A stretch of 64,000 bases of DNA from Zoogloeaceae bacterium (GCA_024235675.1 JACKLZ010000001.1:547256-611255); one strand, 5' to 3'; counted from the stretch's first letter, positions 15,291 through 25,300 are shown. Notes: generated by a model not told the origin, from the letters alone. Numbers and translations are program-made.

Positions 15291-16154
15291 ATGAAGCAGA
15301 TCGAATGGCGCGCGTTTCCATACGGGGACCGCGTGTATCGCTATACGGGTTCGGCGCTTGAAACCCACTGGCCCGTGTTGCACGGCGGTGACCGCGAAGC
15401 GTTTCCCGACGCGCAGCGTGTGGCGGATCAACTCGAACGCTGCGGCCCCGGCCTGTCCTACGATGCAGACCCCAACAACCTTGCCGACATGCTGCAGTCC
15501 GCCTGGCGTGACTATCACGCGGGGGACTTTTGCGCTGCGATGACAACAGGTCATGCAGCCGGACCCATCGGTGCTGTCGTGGCGGGCCGAGCCGCCATCG
15601 CCTACGCCATGCACCTCGAGAGCGATCCGGAGCGGGTGCTCTCCTTGCTATGCGATACCGCAACTCATTGTGAGCGCCTGAGCCAGATCGAGCCGGGCTG
15701 GGCAAACGTCTGGTACACCCACGCCCTTGCACTGGCGCGATACAGCCAACAGATTTCCGTGGTCAAAGCGCTGGGGCGCGGGCTGGGCAGCAAGGTGCGT
15801 CAGAGCCTGATGATTGCCATTGCGCTCGAACCTGACCATGCGGCCGCGCACGCAGCGCTGGGTGGCTACCATATTGAAGTGGTGGACAAGGTCGGGAGCG
15901 TGGTCGGCCGGTTGACCCACGGGGTAAGCAGGGCGCTGGGCTTGCGTCATTTTGAGCGGGCGATTGTGCTTGACCCCGACTCCCCAAGCATCCGGGTCGC
16001 TTACGCCAATGCCTTGGCGATGAACCGTCGCAGTCGAAAGAGCGTCGCTGTGGAAAGGAATATTTCTGCCGCCGCCACGTGTCAGCCACGCGATGCGATC
16101 GCGCATCTCGATGCGGACCGGGCCAGAACGCTGCTCGAAGGGGCAGGGGTATAA
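15291..16154 (+). CDS. Conserved hypothetical TPR-like all-helical protein
   Basis: GGAGAG RBS. Helical repeats (ALARYSQ.IS..KAL..GLG.KV..L..A..L.PDHA.AHAALG.YH) resemble TPR/RMDN-like proteins. Confidence 0.65.
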   Translation: MKQIEWRAFPYGDRVYRYTGSALETHWPVLHGGDREAFPDAQRVADQLERCGPGLSYDADPNNLADMLQSAWRDYHAGDFCAAMTTGHAAGPIGAVVAGRAAIAYAMHLESDPERVLSLLCDTATHCERLSQIEPGWANVWYTHALALARYSQQISVVKALGRGLGSKVRQSLMIAIALEPDHAAAHAALGGYHIEVVDKVGSVVGRLTHGVSRALGLRHFERAIVLDPDSPSIRVAYANALAMNRRSRKSVAVERNISAAATCQPRDAIAHLDADRARTLLEGAGV

Positions 16155-16181
16155 AAAAACCGGCGCGAACGCCGGTTTTTT
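16153..16181. terminator. Bidirectional Rho-independent terminator
   Basis: A7-CCGGCG-cgaa-CGCCGG-T6 between convergent genes. Confidence 0.88.
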
Positions 16182-16197
16182 CTGCTGGGCCGTTGCA

Positions 16198-17469
16198 TCA
16201 AACCGCGTCGAGCGCCTGCTTCAGGTCGGCGAGAATATCGTCAATATGCTCGATACCGATCGACAAACGCACCATGTCTTCCGAGACGCCCGCTTTTTCA
16301 AGTTCCGCCGGTGAGAGCTGACGATGAGTCGTGCTGGCGGGGTGGCATGCCAGCGATTTGGCGTCGCCGATATTGACCAGACGCGTGACCAGTTTGAGCG
16401 CGTCCTGGAAACGTCCGCCGGCCTTGAGTCCGCCCTTGACGCCGAACGACAGAATGCCCGACGCGCGGCCGCCCATGTATTTCTCGACCAGACCGAAGTC
16501 TTTATGGTTGCGCAAACCCGCGTAATTGACCCATTCGACCTTCTCGTGACCTTGCAGGAACTCGGCAACGCGCACGGCGTTTTCGCAGATCCGGTCCATG
16601 CGCAGCGCGACGGTTTCGATCCCTTGCAGGATCAGGAACGCGTTGAACGGGCTGATTGCAGCGCCCATATTGCGCAGCGGAACGACACGGGCGCGGGCGA
16701 TGTAGGCCGCGGCGCCGAGCGCCTCGGTGTAGACCACGCCGTGATACGACGGATCCGGCTCATTGAGGCGCTTGAAACGGGCTTTGTGCTCCGCCCACGG
16801 GAACTTGCCGGAGTCGACAATAATGCCGCCGATCGAGGTGCCGTGACCACCCAGATACTTGGTCAGCGAATGCACCACGATATCGGCGCCATGCTCGATC
16901 GGACGACACAGGTAGGGCGTCGGCACGGTGTTGTCGACGATGACCGGGATCCCCTTGCGGTGCGCGATCTCGACAAGTTGCTCGAAGTCGGTGATGTTGC
17001 CCAGCGGATTGCCAACCGACTCGCAAAAGATGGCCTTGGTCCGCTCATCGATCAGGCTTTCGAATTGCTCGGGCTGACGATAGTCGGCGAAACGCACGTT
17101 GATGCCCATTTGCGGCAGCGTATGCGCGAACAGGTTGTAGGTGCCGCCATAGAGCGTCGAGGCTGAAACGATGTTGTCACCCGCTTCAGTGATGGTCTGG
17201 ATGGCATAGGTAATCGCGGCCATGCCGGACGCCAGCGCCAGACCCGCGATACCGCCCTCCATCGCGGCCACGCGCGCTTCGAGCACGGCCTGCGTCGGGT
17301 TCATGATGCGAGTGTAAATATTGCCTTCGACCTTGAGGTCGAACAGATCGGCACCATGCTGCGTATCGTTGAATGCGTATGAGGTGGTCTGATAGATCGG
17401 CACCGCCACCGCGTTTGTTGTCGGATCGGGTGAATAGCCGCCATGGACAGCCAGTGTCTCAAGTTTCAT
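16198..17469 (-). CDS. metY: O-acetylhomoserine aminocarboxypropyltransferase / O-acetylserine sulfhydrylase
   Basis: PIYQTTSY, GNIYTRIMNPT, PLP lysine motif HSLTKYLGGHG, and VNIGDAKSL. Confidence 0.95.
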   Translation of the reverse strand: MKLETLAVHGGYSPDPTTNAVAVPIYQTTSYAFNDTQHGADLFDLKVEGNIYTRIMNPTQAVLEARVAAMEGGIAGLALASGMAAITYAIQTITEAGDNIVSASTLYGGTYNLFAHTLPQMGINVRFADYRQPEQFESLIDERTKAIFCESVGNPLGNITDFEQLVEIAHRKGIPVIVDNTVPTPYLCRPIEHGADIVVHSLTKYLGGHGTSIGGIIVDSGKFPWAEHKARFKRLNEPDPSYHGVVYTEALGAAAYIARARVVPLRNMGAAISPFNAFLILQGIETVALRMDRICENAVRVAEFLQGHEKVEWVNYAGLRNHKDFGLVEKYMGGRASGILSFGVKGGLKAGGRFQDALKLVTRLVNIGDAKSLACHPASTTHRQLSPAELEKAGVSEDMVRLSIGIEHIDDILADLKQALDAV

Positions 17470-17686
17470 CGATGCGCCCCTCTACACGTCAGTAAAAGAT
17501 GCAGTATATCAAGCGACCCCAGCAGTCGGCGGTCCTAAGCATGTTCTCGTCAGTAAGATGTTGACCGGATGCAAATTCACGACTAGAAAAGAAGTTCAAG
17601 TGGCACAAAAAAGCCATCAGGCCAAACGACATCGGCAGAGCAGGGCGATACCGACTGGCCAGACAACATAGACGGAGGAGAACAAA

Positions 17687-18046
17687 ATGATTGCGTCAAC
17701 CGACCGCATGGCGGGATGGCTTGAAGTCGTTGCAGCACCGATCTGGTCAGGTGCGGCATCAACGATCCGGATTCATCCAGTCTGTATGCACCACTGTACC
17801 TGCCACGCCATTTCGCTGAACGGGCGTTGGGTCTGCGCCAGCGACGGAAGCCTGACGATATTCCACAGCCGTCAATCGGCCGAGCATTTTCTTGAGCTGG
17901 CGCATATTGATCACTACGAGTTAGGCGAAGTGGCTGAACTTGGGGACGATGTGGCGCTGAAAACGCAATGCGTGTCCTTCCGCCCACGAAAAGGGCTGGT
18001 GTCATGCCGGATGCGTTGCAGCGAAGAGTCGGCGCTTGCTTCCTGA
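17687..18046 (+). CDS. Hypothetical Cys/His-rich small protein
   Basis: Strong GGAGGAG RBS with a 7-nt spacer; 119 aa with 7 Cys and 8 His, including CMHHCTCH. Confidence 0.65.
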   Translation: MIASTDRMAGWLEVVAAPIWSGAASTIRIHPVCMHHCTCHAISLNGRWVCASDGSLTIFHSRQSAEHFLELAHIDHYELGEVAELGDDVALKTQCVSFRPRKGLVSCRMRCSEESALAS

Positions 18047-18052
18047 GTGCGC

Positions 18053-18580
18053 TTAGATGGGGTCGCCTGAAGCGGATATGGCAGCTGAGAGAATAGCTGC
18101 CATTTTTGTGTCAAAGGCCACCAGAAGGATTCTCTCCAGCCCGGCTTGCAAAGCCAATGCCGCTTTGCATTCCACGACAGCGATACGCGCGGCCGGCACC
18201 GCAGGAAAACCATAGACGCCGCAACTGATCGCAGGAAACGCGATGCTGCGCAGTTCATGTTGTACCGCCAGCGCCAAGCAATTGCGATAGCACGCCGTCA
18301 ATCGCGCTACTTCATTTTGTTGCCCGCCGTGCCAGACCGGGCCCACGGTATGAATGATCCAGCGAGTCGGCAGCCGGAACCCGGGTGTAATCCGCGCTTC
18401 CCCCGTGGGGCAACCGTTGAGATCGCGGCAACAGGCGAGCAGATCGGGGCCGGCGGCACGATGGATCGCACCATCAACGCCACCGCCACCGAGCAAGGAC
18501 TCGTTGGCGGCATTCACGATGGCATCGACAGACAAGGTAGTGATGTCTCCCTGCCAAACAGACAAACCCGTGTCTTGCAT
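18053..18580 (-). CDS. ymdB: Macrodomain O-acetyl-ADP-ribose deacetylase (YmdB-like)
   Basis: [37 protein letters not shown] and [13 protein letters not shown] motifs; start at MQDTG (18580). Confidence 0.93.
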   Translation of the reverse strand: MQDTGLSVWQGDITTLSVDAIVNAANESLLGGGGVDGAIHRAAGPDLLACCRDLNGCPTGEARITPGFRLPTRWIIHTVGPVWHGGQQNEVARLTACYRNCLALAVQHELRSIAFPAISCGVYGFPAVPAARIAVVECKAALALQAGLERILLVAFDTKMAAILSAAISASGDPI

Positions 18581-18795
18581 ACCTGTGACTCCAAAACGAG
18601 TGCTACGAGCACATTGTGCGCCAAGGCAGAGGGTGATTGAAGTTCGCTTTGGATCCAGAATTTGCGTGCGCTTGAAGCAGGGAAAGCAAACGGATCGAAT
18701 TTCTGCCGCGATTTGGCGAATGCTTGCTGTCACCAGGTGCGATCGCGATGGTTTACATAATACAAATTATCGCGGTATTAGAAAGGAGCCTTCTC

Positions 18796-18903
18796 TTGAA
18801 CCGACTGCCAAACGTCGCGATTCAAGATGCCGGCCAACCCCTTGTCGCCCTCGGTGTCGTCGAGCGCCTGCAAGCGTCGGCGCATGGACCGTGGGTACGG
18901 TGA
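18796..18903 (+). CDS. Candidate 35-aa small protein (MNRLPNVAIQDAGQPLVALGVVERLQASAHGPWVR)
   Basis: AAAGGAG SD 7 nt before a TTG. The stop ends 1 nt from the stop of the convergent gene. Not present in the ORF track. Confidence 0.35.
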   Translation: MNRLPNVAIQDAGQPLVALGVVERLQASAHGPWVR

Positions 18904-18904
18904 A

Positions 18905-19591
18905 CTATCTGCCAACGTCTTTGACGATGGCCGTGATGATATCGACGTCACGTTCAGCGGCGCTCTTTTGGCGAAGTTCGTCTTGTCGTGGCTTGCTGCG
19001 AGCAATTCTGGTGTGACGAACCGGCTTTGATGAACGTTGCTTGTCGCTACGGCCCGACTTCCGGATCGTGCCTGGTTTGACGGATGCCCCGGAGTTTCGA
19101 GCCGGTGTTTTGGTTACCGCTGCCACCGCCACGGGATACGAGGATGACGAGCGCTCAGCGTCCTGAAGCGCCGGGGCTGGCCCCGTTTGCTCAACTTGCA
19201 ATTGTGGCGTCTCCAGAATGACTGCAGCCGCGCGCTCTACGGCTGGTGCAGCCAACTCAGGCGGCCTGTTGAGCGTTGTGCTGTCCGTTTGCCTGGGTTC
19301 AGCGACGACAGGCATTTGCAAAGCGGTTGACGACGAAGCTGTCGAAATATTTCCGGCCGGATGTGTCCCAGACGAAAAAAAGGTCGAAACGACCGACGCG
19401 ACGACGCCGCCAGTGACGGCCGATAGCGCGAGCATCGGGAGCAGCAGCGCCCGTCGTCGGGTCGATGGCGACGCCCGAGCCGTCGGATCCAGGTCTTTCA
19501 GGATGCTGACGTGCGGCTGCGAAGGCCGCGGGTTGTTGTCACCAACAAGCTGTGGCGCTGCAGCGGAAATGCGTTTCGTATGTTCTGACAT
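18905..19591 (-). CDS. T6SS-associated single-TM low-complexity protein (TagY-like by position)
   Basis: RRR plus a hydrophobic segment, a long Pro/Ala/Ser linker and a C-terminal ERDVDIITAIV motif; divergent from tagX. Confidence 0.5.
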   Translation of the reverse strand: MSEHTKRISAAAPQLVGDNNPRPSQPHVSILKDLDPTARASPSTRRRALLLPMLALSAVTGGVVASVVSTFFSSGTHPAGNISTASSSTALQMPVVAEPRQTDSTTLNRPPELAAPAVERAAAVILETPQLQVEQTGPAPALQDAERSSSSYPVAVAAVTKTPARNSGASVKPGTIRKSGRSDKQRSSKPVRHTRIARSKPRQDELRQKSAAERDVDIITAIVKDVGR

Positions 19592-19714
19592 TACGTTGTC
19601 GTAAAAAATAGGAATGAAAATATCCGGATGTCGTAAGATAGCGCTTTTTTCAACGCCGGAAAATCTTTTGGATGCGACTCGCCCTCTTTTTCTGGACGCC
19701 CCGCGCTTGACTGG

Positions 19715-20575
19715 ATGGCAATACGCGCTGTGATCCTGGTGGGTTTGTTCCTCTATTTTGGTGTCATCTTTGCAGCGGTTGTGCTGCTCATGTTTCCCGA
19801 GCAGCGCGCCGTTGCGGCATCGACCTGTCGAAATTCGGCCGGTGCGCTATGGCAACGGTTTGGTCGGGCTTTCAGGCTCGGTGCATCAGCGCTTGGGACG
19901 ACGCGCGACGGCATGCAAAAGCGGACTCAAAGCCTTTCCTGGTGGGTTGTCGAGCATCGCGCGGTCCTCGTTGCGGCCGCTGCGATGATGGTCGCCCCAA
20001 CGCTGCTTGCATTCTGGCTTCGGGGCCCTGCTGTTTTTGATTTTTCAGATGGGGCCTATGTGCCCGATCGTCAGATCGCCGCCCTGCTCCAGGGAGAGCA
20101 ACTCGTTCCGCCGCCGCCCTTGCCGCCGGAAGTGTTCACCACCCGTGAGGTTGAGCAGATTCGTCCTGACGTGATGGATGCCAGCCGCAACTGGACCCAA
20201 CTGGATGAGGACTTCACCCGTCGTTTGCTATTTGTCATTCAGGCCATGCGCAATCGGTATGGCTACGAGATCGCGCTTCTGGAGGGGTACCGAAGCCCTG
20301 AGCGCCAGACCCAGTTGGCGGCGATGGGGACGCGGGTAACACAGGCTGGCGCTTACATGAGCTACCACCAGTACGGGCTGGCGGCGGACTGTGCTTTTGT
20401 CCGTGACGGAAAGTTGATCATTTCGGAAAGTGACCCGTGGGCGATGCGTGGCTACGAGCTCTACGGCGAACTGGCCGAATCCATCGGCCTGACCTGGGGT
20501 GGTCGTTGGCGCATGCGGGACTTCGGCCATGTTGAATTGCGGCGCGATGGCGTACTGGGCGATCCCGTGTCCTGA
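19715..20575 (+). CDS. tagX: Membrane-anchored M15 peptidoglycan endopeptidase (TagX-like)
   Basis: Two N-terminal hydrophobic segments; M15 motifs GYRSPERQ, SYHQYGLAAD and WGG.W...DFGHVE; first gene of the T6SS block. Confidence 0.85.
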   Translation: MAIRAVILVGLFLYFGVIFAAVVLLMFPEQRAVAASTCRNSAGALWQRFGRAFRLGASALGTTRDGMQKRTQSLSWWVVEHRAVLVAAAAMMVAPTLLAFWLRGPAVFDFSDGAYVPDRQIAALLQGEQLVPPPPLPPEVFTTREVEQIRPDVMDASRNWTQLDEDFTRRLLFVIQAMRNRYGYEIALLEGYRSPERQTQLAAMGTRVTQAGAYMSYHQYGLAADCAFVRDGKLIISESDPWAMRGYELYGELAESIGLTWGGRWRMRDFGHVELRRDGVLGDPVS

Positions 20576-20618
20576 TGTTCATGGCGCTTGAACCAATATT
20601 TATTGATGAGCGGAGATC

Positions 20619-20888
20619 GTGATGACACGCCCTTTCATTCTCCTGGGTGATCAAACCAGCCATGGCGGCACGGTGATCAGTGCGTCCGAAAGCAGCGATT
20701 GCGGTGGACGGGGAATTGCCCGTGTCGGCGACAAGGTGACCTGTCCCAAAAAAGGTCATGGCCGCGTGACGACCATTGCCAGTGGTGATCCCACGGCGCT
20801 GATCGATGGTCGGCCGGCAGCACGTCACGGCGATCTTACCGCCTGCGGTGCGTCGCTTATCGCCAGCCAATCCCTGACCACCGACTGA
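20619..20888 (+). CDS. PAAR-domain spike-tip protein
   Basis: LGDQTSHGG, IARVGDKVTCP...H and PAARHGDLTACGA motifs. Confidence 0.95.
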   Translation: MMTRPFILLGDQTSHGGTVISASESSDCGGRGIARVGDKVTCPKKGHGRVTTIASGDPTALIDGRPAARHGDLTACGASLIASQSLTTD

Positions 20889-20905
20889 GCCGACAATCAT
20901 CACCC

Positions 20906-22303
20906 ATGCTGCTTTCCGCCTTGAAAATTGTCGGTGCAAGTCTTCTCGCTGTTGCCCTCATCTGGGCGCTGGTGCTGGGCTGGTGGCAAGGCAATGACCA
21001 CACGCCGTCCACCACCGAGCTATTTCTCTACTTGGGCGCCCTGCCCTTGGCAATTGTCGGCGGCTACGGGCTGCTGCGCGGCTTTATTGAGCATCTCAAA
21101 GCGCCAGTCGTTGCGTTGGCGCGGGCGCCGGACGACACGCTCGATCCACTGGCCAATGAAGACACACAAACAGCGGCAATGGAGCGTGGCTATACGATCA
21201 ATCTCATCGGCGCGTTCGCCATCTCGAGTGGCGGTGAGGGCCCGTCGGAAATTCTGGCAGCACAGGTGGCCGGAGCGCGGCCATTGCCAGACAGCTCACT
21301 GCTGGATGACGCTGGATTTCCGGTCTTCACCGCACGTGTCGATGCGCTCGACATCGATGGCATTACCGAAAGTCTTGCTCAGTACGACACCGAATTGGCG
21401 CAGGACATAGGCCGTTCTGAACATTTGCGAATGCTCGCGCTGATCGATTCGACGCTTCCCGCGGGGCTTGCTCAAGCGCACGAAGCATTGACGCAGCGCC
21501 CGGCGACATCCCGCTTGAGTGTGGTGTGGCTCATGCCATCCGAGGCCGACCCGGCACTGTTCCCGAAACTGCAGTCGTGGCTTCAAGCGCAGTATCTGAG
21601 TGCCTTCGAGCCTTCGCGGGTGGCGCTGACGGTGCGACCGGCGCTCACTGAGTCTGACGTCATGGCACAGATCGACCGGCTGGTTCTCGACAGCGACAGA
21701 AGGCCAAACGACGACCTCACCCTCGTGCTGGCGGCGGTATCGACGATCGGGCCGCGCACCGTGGATGCCTGGTCGATGCGCCAGAGCCTGTTCTCGGCTG
21801 AGCATCAAAACGGGCAGATTCCTGGCGAGTGTGGCGTATGCCTGCTGTTCGGCAGCACCGACAACACAGACACGTCGGCGCAACTGACTCGCGTCAGCGC
21901 GGCAGAGCGCGACAAGTCCGTCGACGCTGCCGGGCGGGTCAGCGGTGCCTTGATCGAGCAGTTGATCACTGGGCTGCTGACGGTTCACGACATTGCACCC
22001 GCCGACATCCGGGCGGTCATCAGCGATGCAGACCATCGACAAAGTCGCACCAGCGAACTGCTGGACGCGCTCGGTGAGTCATTCTCCGAGCTCGACCCGA
22101 TTGCTGATTGCCCCCGTATTGGCGCTGCGTGCGGCTCGAGCGCCCCCTTCGGCGCCCTGCTCGCCCTTGCCTGCGCGCATGCCAAATCGCTTTCGCTTGA
22201 GCAGCCAGTAATCTGCGTTAGCCAGCAGCACCCCAAGGCACGCGCTGTCGTGCTCCTTCGCCCGACGCCGCTTCCGGCCGAGGGCATGTCCTCCGCCGCT
22301 TGA
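20906..22303 (+). CDS. T6SS-associated membrane protein of unknown function
   Basis: Two N-terminal TM helices and a possible thiolase-like C-terminal lobe (IGAACGSSAP...ALLALAC); located between PAAR and tssM. Confidence 0.6.
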   Translation: MLLSALKIVGASLLAVALIWALVLGWWQGNDHTPSTTELFLYLGALPLAIVGGYGLLRGFIEHLKAPVVALARAPDDTLDPLANEDTQTAAMERGYTINLIGAFAISSGGEGPSEILAAQVAGARPLPDSSLLDDAGFPVFTARVDALDIDGITESLAQYDTELAQDIGRSEHLRMLALIDSTLPAGLAQAHEALTQRPATSRLSVVWLMPSEADPALFPKLQSWLQAQYLSAFEPSRVALTVRPALTESDVMAQIDRLVLDSDRRPNDDLTLVLAAVSTIGPRTVDAWSMRQSLFSAEHQNGQIPGECGVCLLFGSTDNTDTSAQLTRVSAAERDKSVDAAGRVSGALIEQLITGLLTVHDIAPADIRAVISDADHRQSRTSELLDALGESFSELDPIADCPRIGAACGSSAPFGALLALACAHAKSLSLEQPVICVSQQHPKARAVVLLRPTPLPAEGMSSAA

Positions 22304-22320
22304 TTCGATATTCCGTCCCC

Positions 22321-25300
22321 ATGTCACGACTTCGATCCCTCCTCAGCGATTCCCGTCTTCTCGCCTTTATCGGTATTGGCGCGGCCATGGCCTTCTTCTT
22401 TCTGGGCGCAAAGACGCTCAAGGTGGCCTTGTTCTGGGCCGCGATCGCCAGCGGTGCGCTTCTTGCGCTGTGGCTTATCGTCTGGTTTGTTCGCCGACGC
22501 CGCGCGCAACGCTCTGCCGAAGATCTCGGCGCGATGCTCGAACAGCAGGGCGAACACGCCAAAGCGACCTCCAATGACGCCGTCAAATCCGAAATTGCCG
22601 CGCTTCAGGAGCGCATGCACGCAGCGGTCAAAACCATCAAGAGTTCGCGTCTCGGGCAAACCTCCGGCGCCGCGGCCTTGTACGAGCTGCCGTGGTACAT
22701 GACCATCGGAAACCCAGCGGCCGGAAAAAGCACCGCCATCGTCAACTCCGGCTTGAAGTTTCCGTTTGACGACGGCGGCAGCAGCGTGATCAAAGGCATT
22801 GGCGGCACACGTAACTGCGACTGGTTCTTCACGACAGAAGGCATCCTGCTCGACACCGCCGGTCGCTATTCCATTCATGAAGAAGACCGCGCCGAATGGC
22901 TGGGTTTTCTGGGCTTGCTGAAAAAATACCGTCCGCGCGCGCCGATCAACGGCATCATCGTGACCGTCAGCATCGGAGAGTTGCTCGGCAACTCGCCAGG
23001 CTTTGCGATGACCCTGGCCAAAAATCTACGCCAGCGGGTACAGGAGCTGACGGAGCATCTGGCGGTGTTTGCGCCGGTGTATGTGTTGTTCAGCAAGGCC
23101 GACCTGATTCCGGGATTCCACGATTTCTTTCATGACCTCGACTGGAACGAACGAGACCGCGTGTGGGGCGCTACCCTCCCCTACGACCCGGCAGGCAACG
23201 ACGACGCCATTGCGCAATTCGACCAGCGATTTGACGAGCTTTACGAAGGCCTGAGGGCGCTGAGCGTCGCGCAGATGTCGCGCAGCCTGGGGGAAAGCTC
23301 GCCCCCGGGCTTGCTCACTTTCCCGTCTGAATTCGCCAGCATCAAGCCCGCCTTGAAGGCGTTTCTGGCAACGCTTTTTGAAGAAAATCCGTTTCAGTTC
23401 AAGCCAATATTTCGCGGCTTTTACATTACCTCTGCGCTTCAGGACGGTGAAACCCGACCGCTCGCAAATGAGCGGATCACACACAAATTCGGCTTGGTCG
23501 GTGATGGCCCGATGCCGGTTCGTGCAACCTCGAATCATGGGTTTTTTTTAAAGGATCTTTTCTCGAAAGTCGTCTTTGCCGATCGAAACCTGGTGCGCCA
23601 ATACGCCAGCCGAGGCAGGATACGCTGGCGCCAGGCGGCCGTTTTCGGAAGTCTGTGTCTGTTCGGGCTCATGTTGGGAGGGTGGAGCTGGTCTTTCCTG
23701 AACAATCGCGAATTGCTCGCGAATGTCGAGCAAGACCTGCGTCAGGCGGTGCGCATTCAGGATGGGCGACTCGACCTGCAATCGCGCTTTGAAGCCTTGG
23801 CGATTCTTCAGGATCGGCTCGGACAACTCGAACGCTTCAACGACACCCACCCGATTTCACTGGGGCTCGGGCTCTATCGTGGCGAACAACTCGCGGACAA
23901 GCTGCGCACCGAATATTTTGCGGGTGTCAGCAACCTCATGCTCAAGCCGGTTCAGGAGAATCTCGAGGCATTCCTGATCGAGGTAAACAGCCACGCCGGG
24001 TCGACCCCGGCCAAAGACGCTGTCATGCCTGTGGCCACGGGTTCGTATCAAAAAGCCGCGCCGACAGAGGTGGAGGACGCGTACAACGCTCTCAAGACTT
24101 ACCTGATGCTGGCCAGTCACGAGCATATTGAAGTGGGTCATCTGTCCGACCAGATCACCCGCTTCTGGCGCAGTTGGCTCGAAGCGAATCGCGGCACCAT
24201 GACTCGGGAGCAGATGATCCGCGCGGCCGAGCGCATGCTGAGTTTTCATCTCGAACACGCCAACCATCCCGAATGGCCGACGCTCACCAACAATCTGGCA
24301 ATCGTCGATCAGACCCGCGACAAGCTGCGCCGCGTCGTCCGTGGCATGCCCGCCGCAGAGCGAGTGTATGCCGAGCTCAAGGCACGGGCGTCAACACGCT
24401 TCCCGCCCATGACCGTGTCCAATATTGTGGGTGCCGACAACGCGTCGGTGATTTCGGGCAGCTATGTCGTGTCGGGCGCCTTCACCGTAGACGCGTGGCG
24501 CGACTATGTTCAGAACGCCATCAAGGAAGCCGCCACCAGCGAACAGAACAGCGCCGACTGGGTGCTGAAAACCTCCGTCAAGGACGATCTCACGCTCGAA
24601 GGCAGTCCCGAACAGATCCAGAAGTCCTTGATTGCGATGTACAAGCAGGAGTACGCCGAGGAATGGACACGATTCGTCCAGGGGATCAGCGTCAGTGCGT
24701 TTGAGTCCTTTCCTGCCGCGGTCGCCGGCATGAACCGCCTGGGCGACCCGGCCACATCACCGATTGGCACCCTGATTCAGGTGATTTTCGACCAGACGTC
24801 ATGGGACAACCCGTCGATGGCTAATGTGGGCATCGAGCGCGCGCAGAAAGGTTTTGTCGAGTGGTTCAAACGCTCGGTGCTGCGCATGGCGCCCAGCCGG
24901 GTTCAAGTCGACGTAAACATGAGCGCAAAGGCGGTTGAAGTTGCCATGGGGCCAATCGGCAAAGAGTTTGCCGGCTTTGGTCGGTTGATGATTTCGCGGG
25001 ACAACGCCGAGCCGCTTTCGGGCACCTATCTCAAGCAATTGTCCAAAGTCCGCACCCGGTTGAACCAGCTCAAAAATCAAGGAGATCCAGGCCCGGGTGC
25101 CATCAAGTTGCTGCGCGAGACCATCGATGGCGGCGACTCCGAACTGGCCGACACCTTGCGCTTTGTCGATGAACAAATGCTCAACGGCATGCCAGACAAC
25201 CAGCGCGCCGTGTTGCGCCCCCTGCTGTTGCGACCGCTGTTGCAGACCTTCTCCGCGGTAATTCAGCCCGCCGAACATGAATTGAACAAGTCCTGGGGAA

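Noticed and set aside
17601-17614. TGGCACAAAAAAGC, a sigma-54-like motif upstream of the Cys/His protein
   Set aside because: GG-to-GC spacing is 9 rather than the strictly required 10.
17470-17686. SAM or other methionine riboswitch upstream of metY
   Set aside because: No SAM-I, SAM-II or SAH core motifs were recognisable on the minus strand.
18714-18727. TGGCGAATGCTTGC, a sigma-54-like motif upstream of the 35-aa ORF
   Set aside because: Spacing is GG-N9-GC, one base short.
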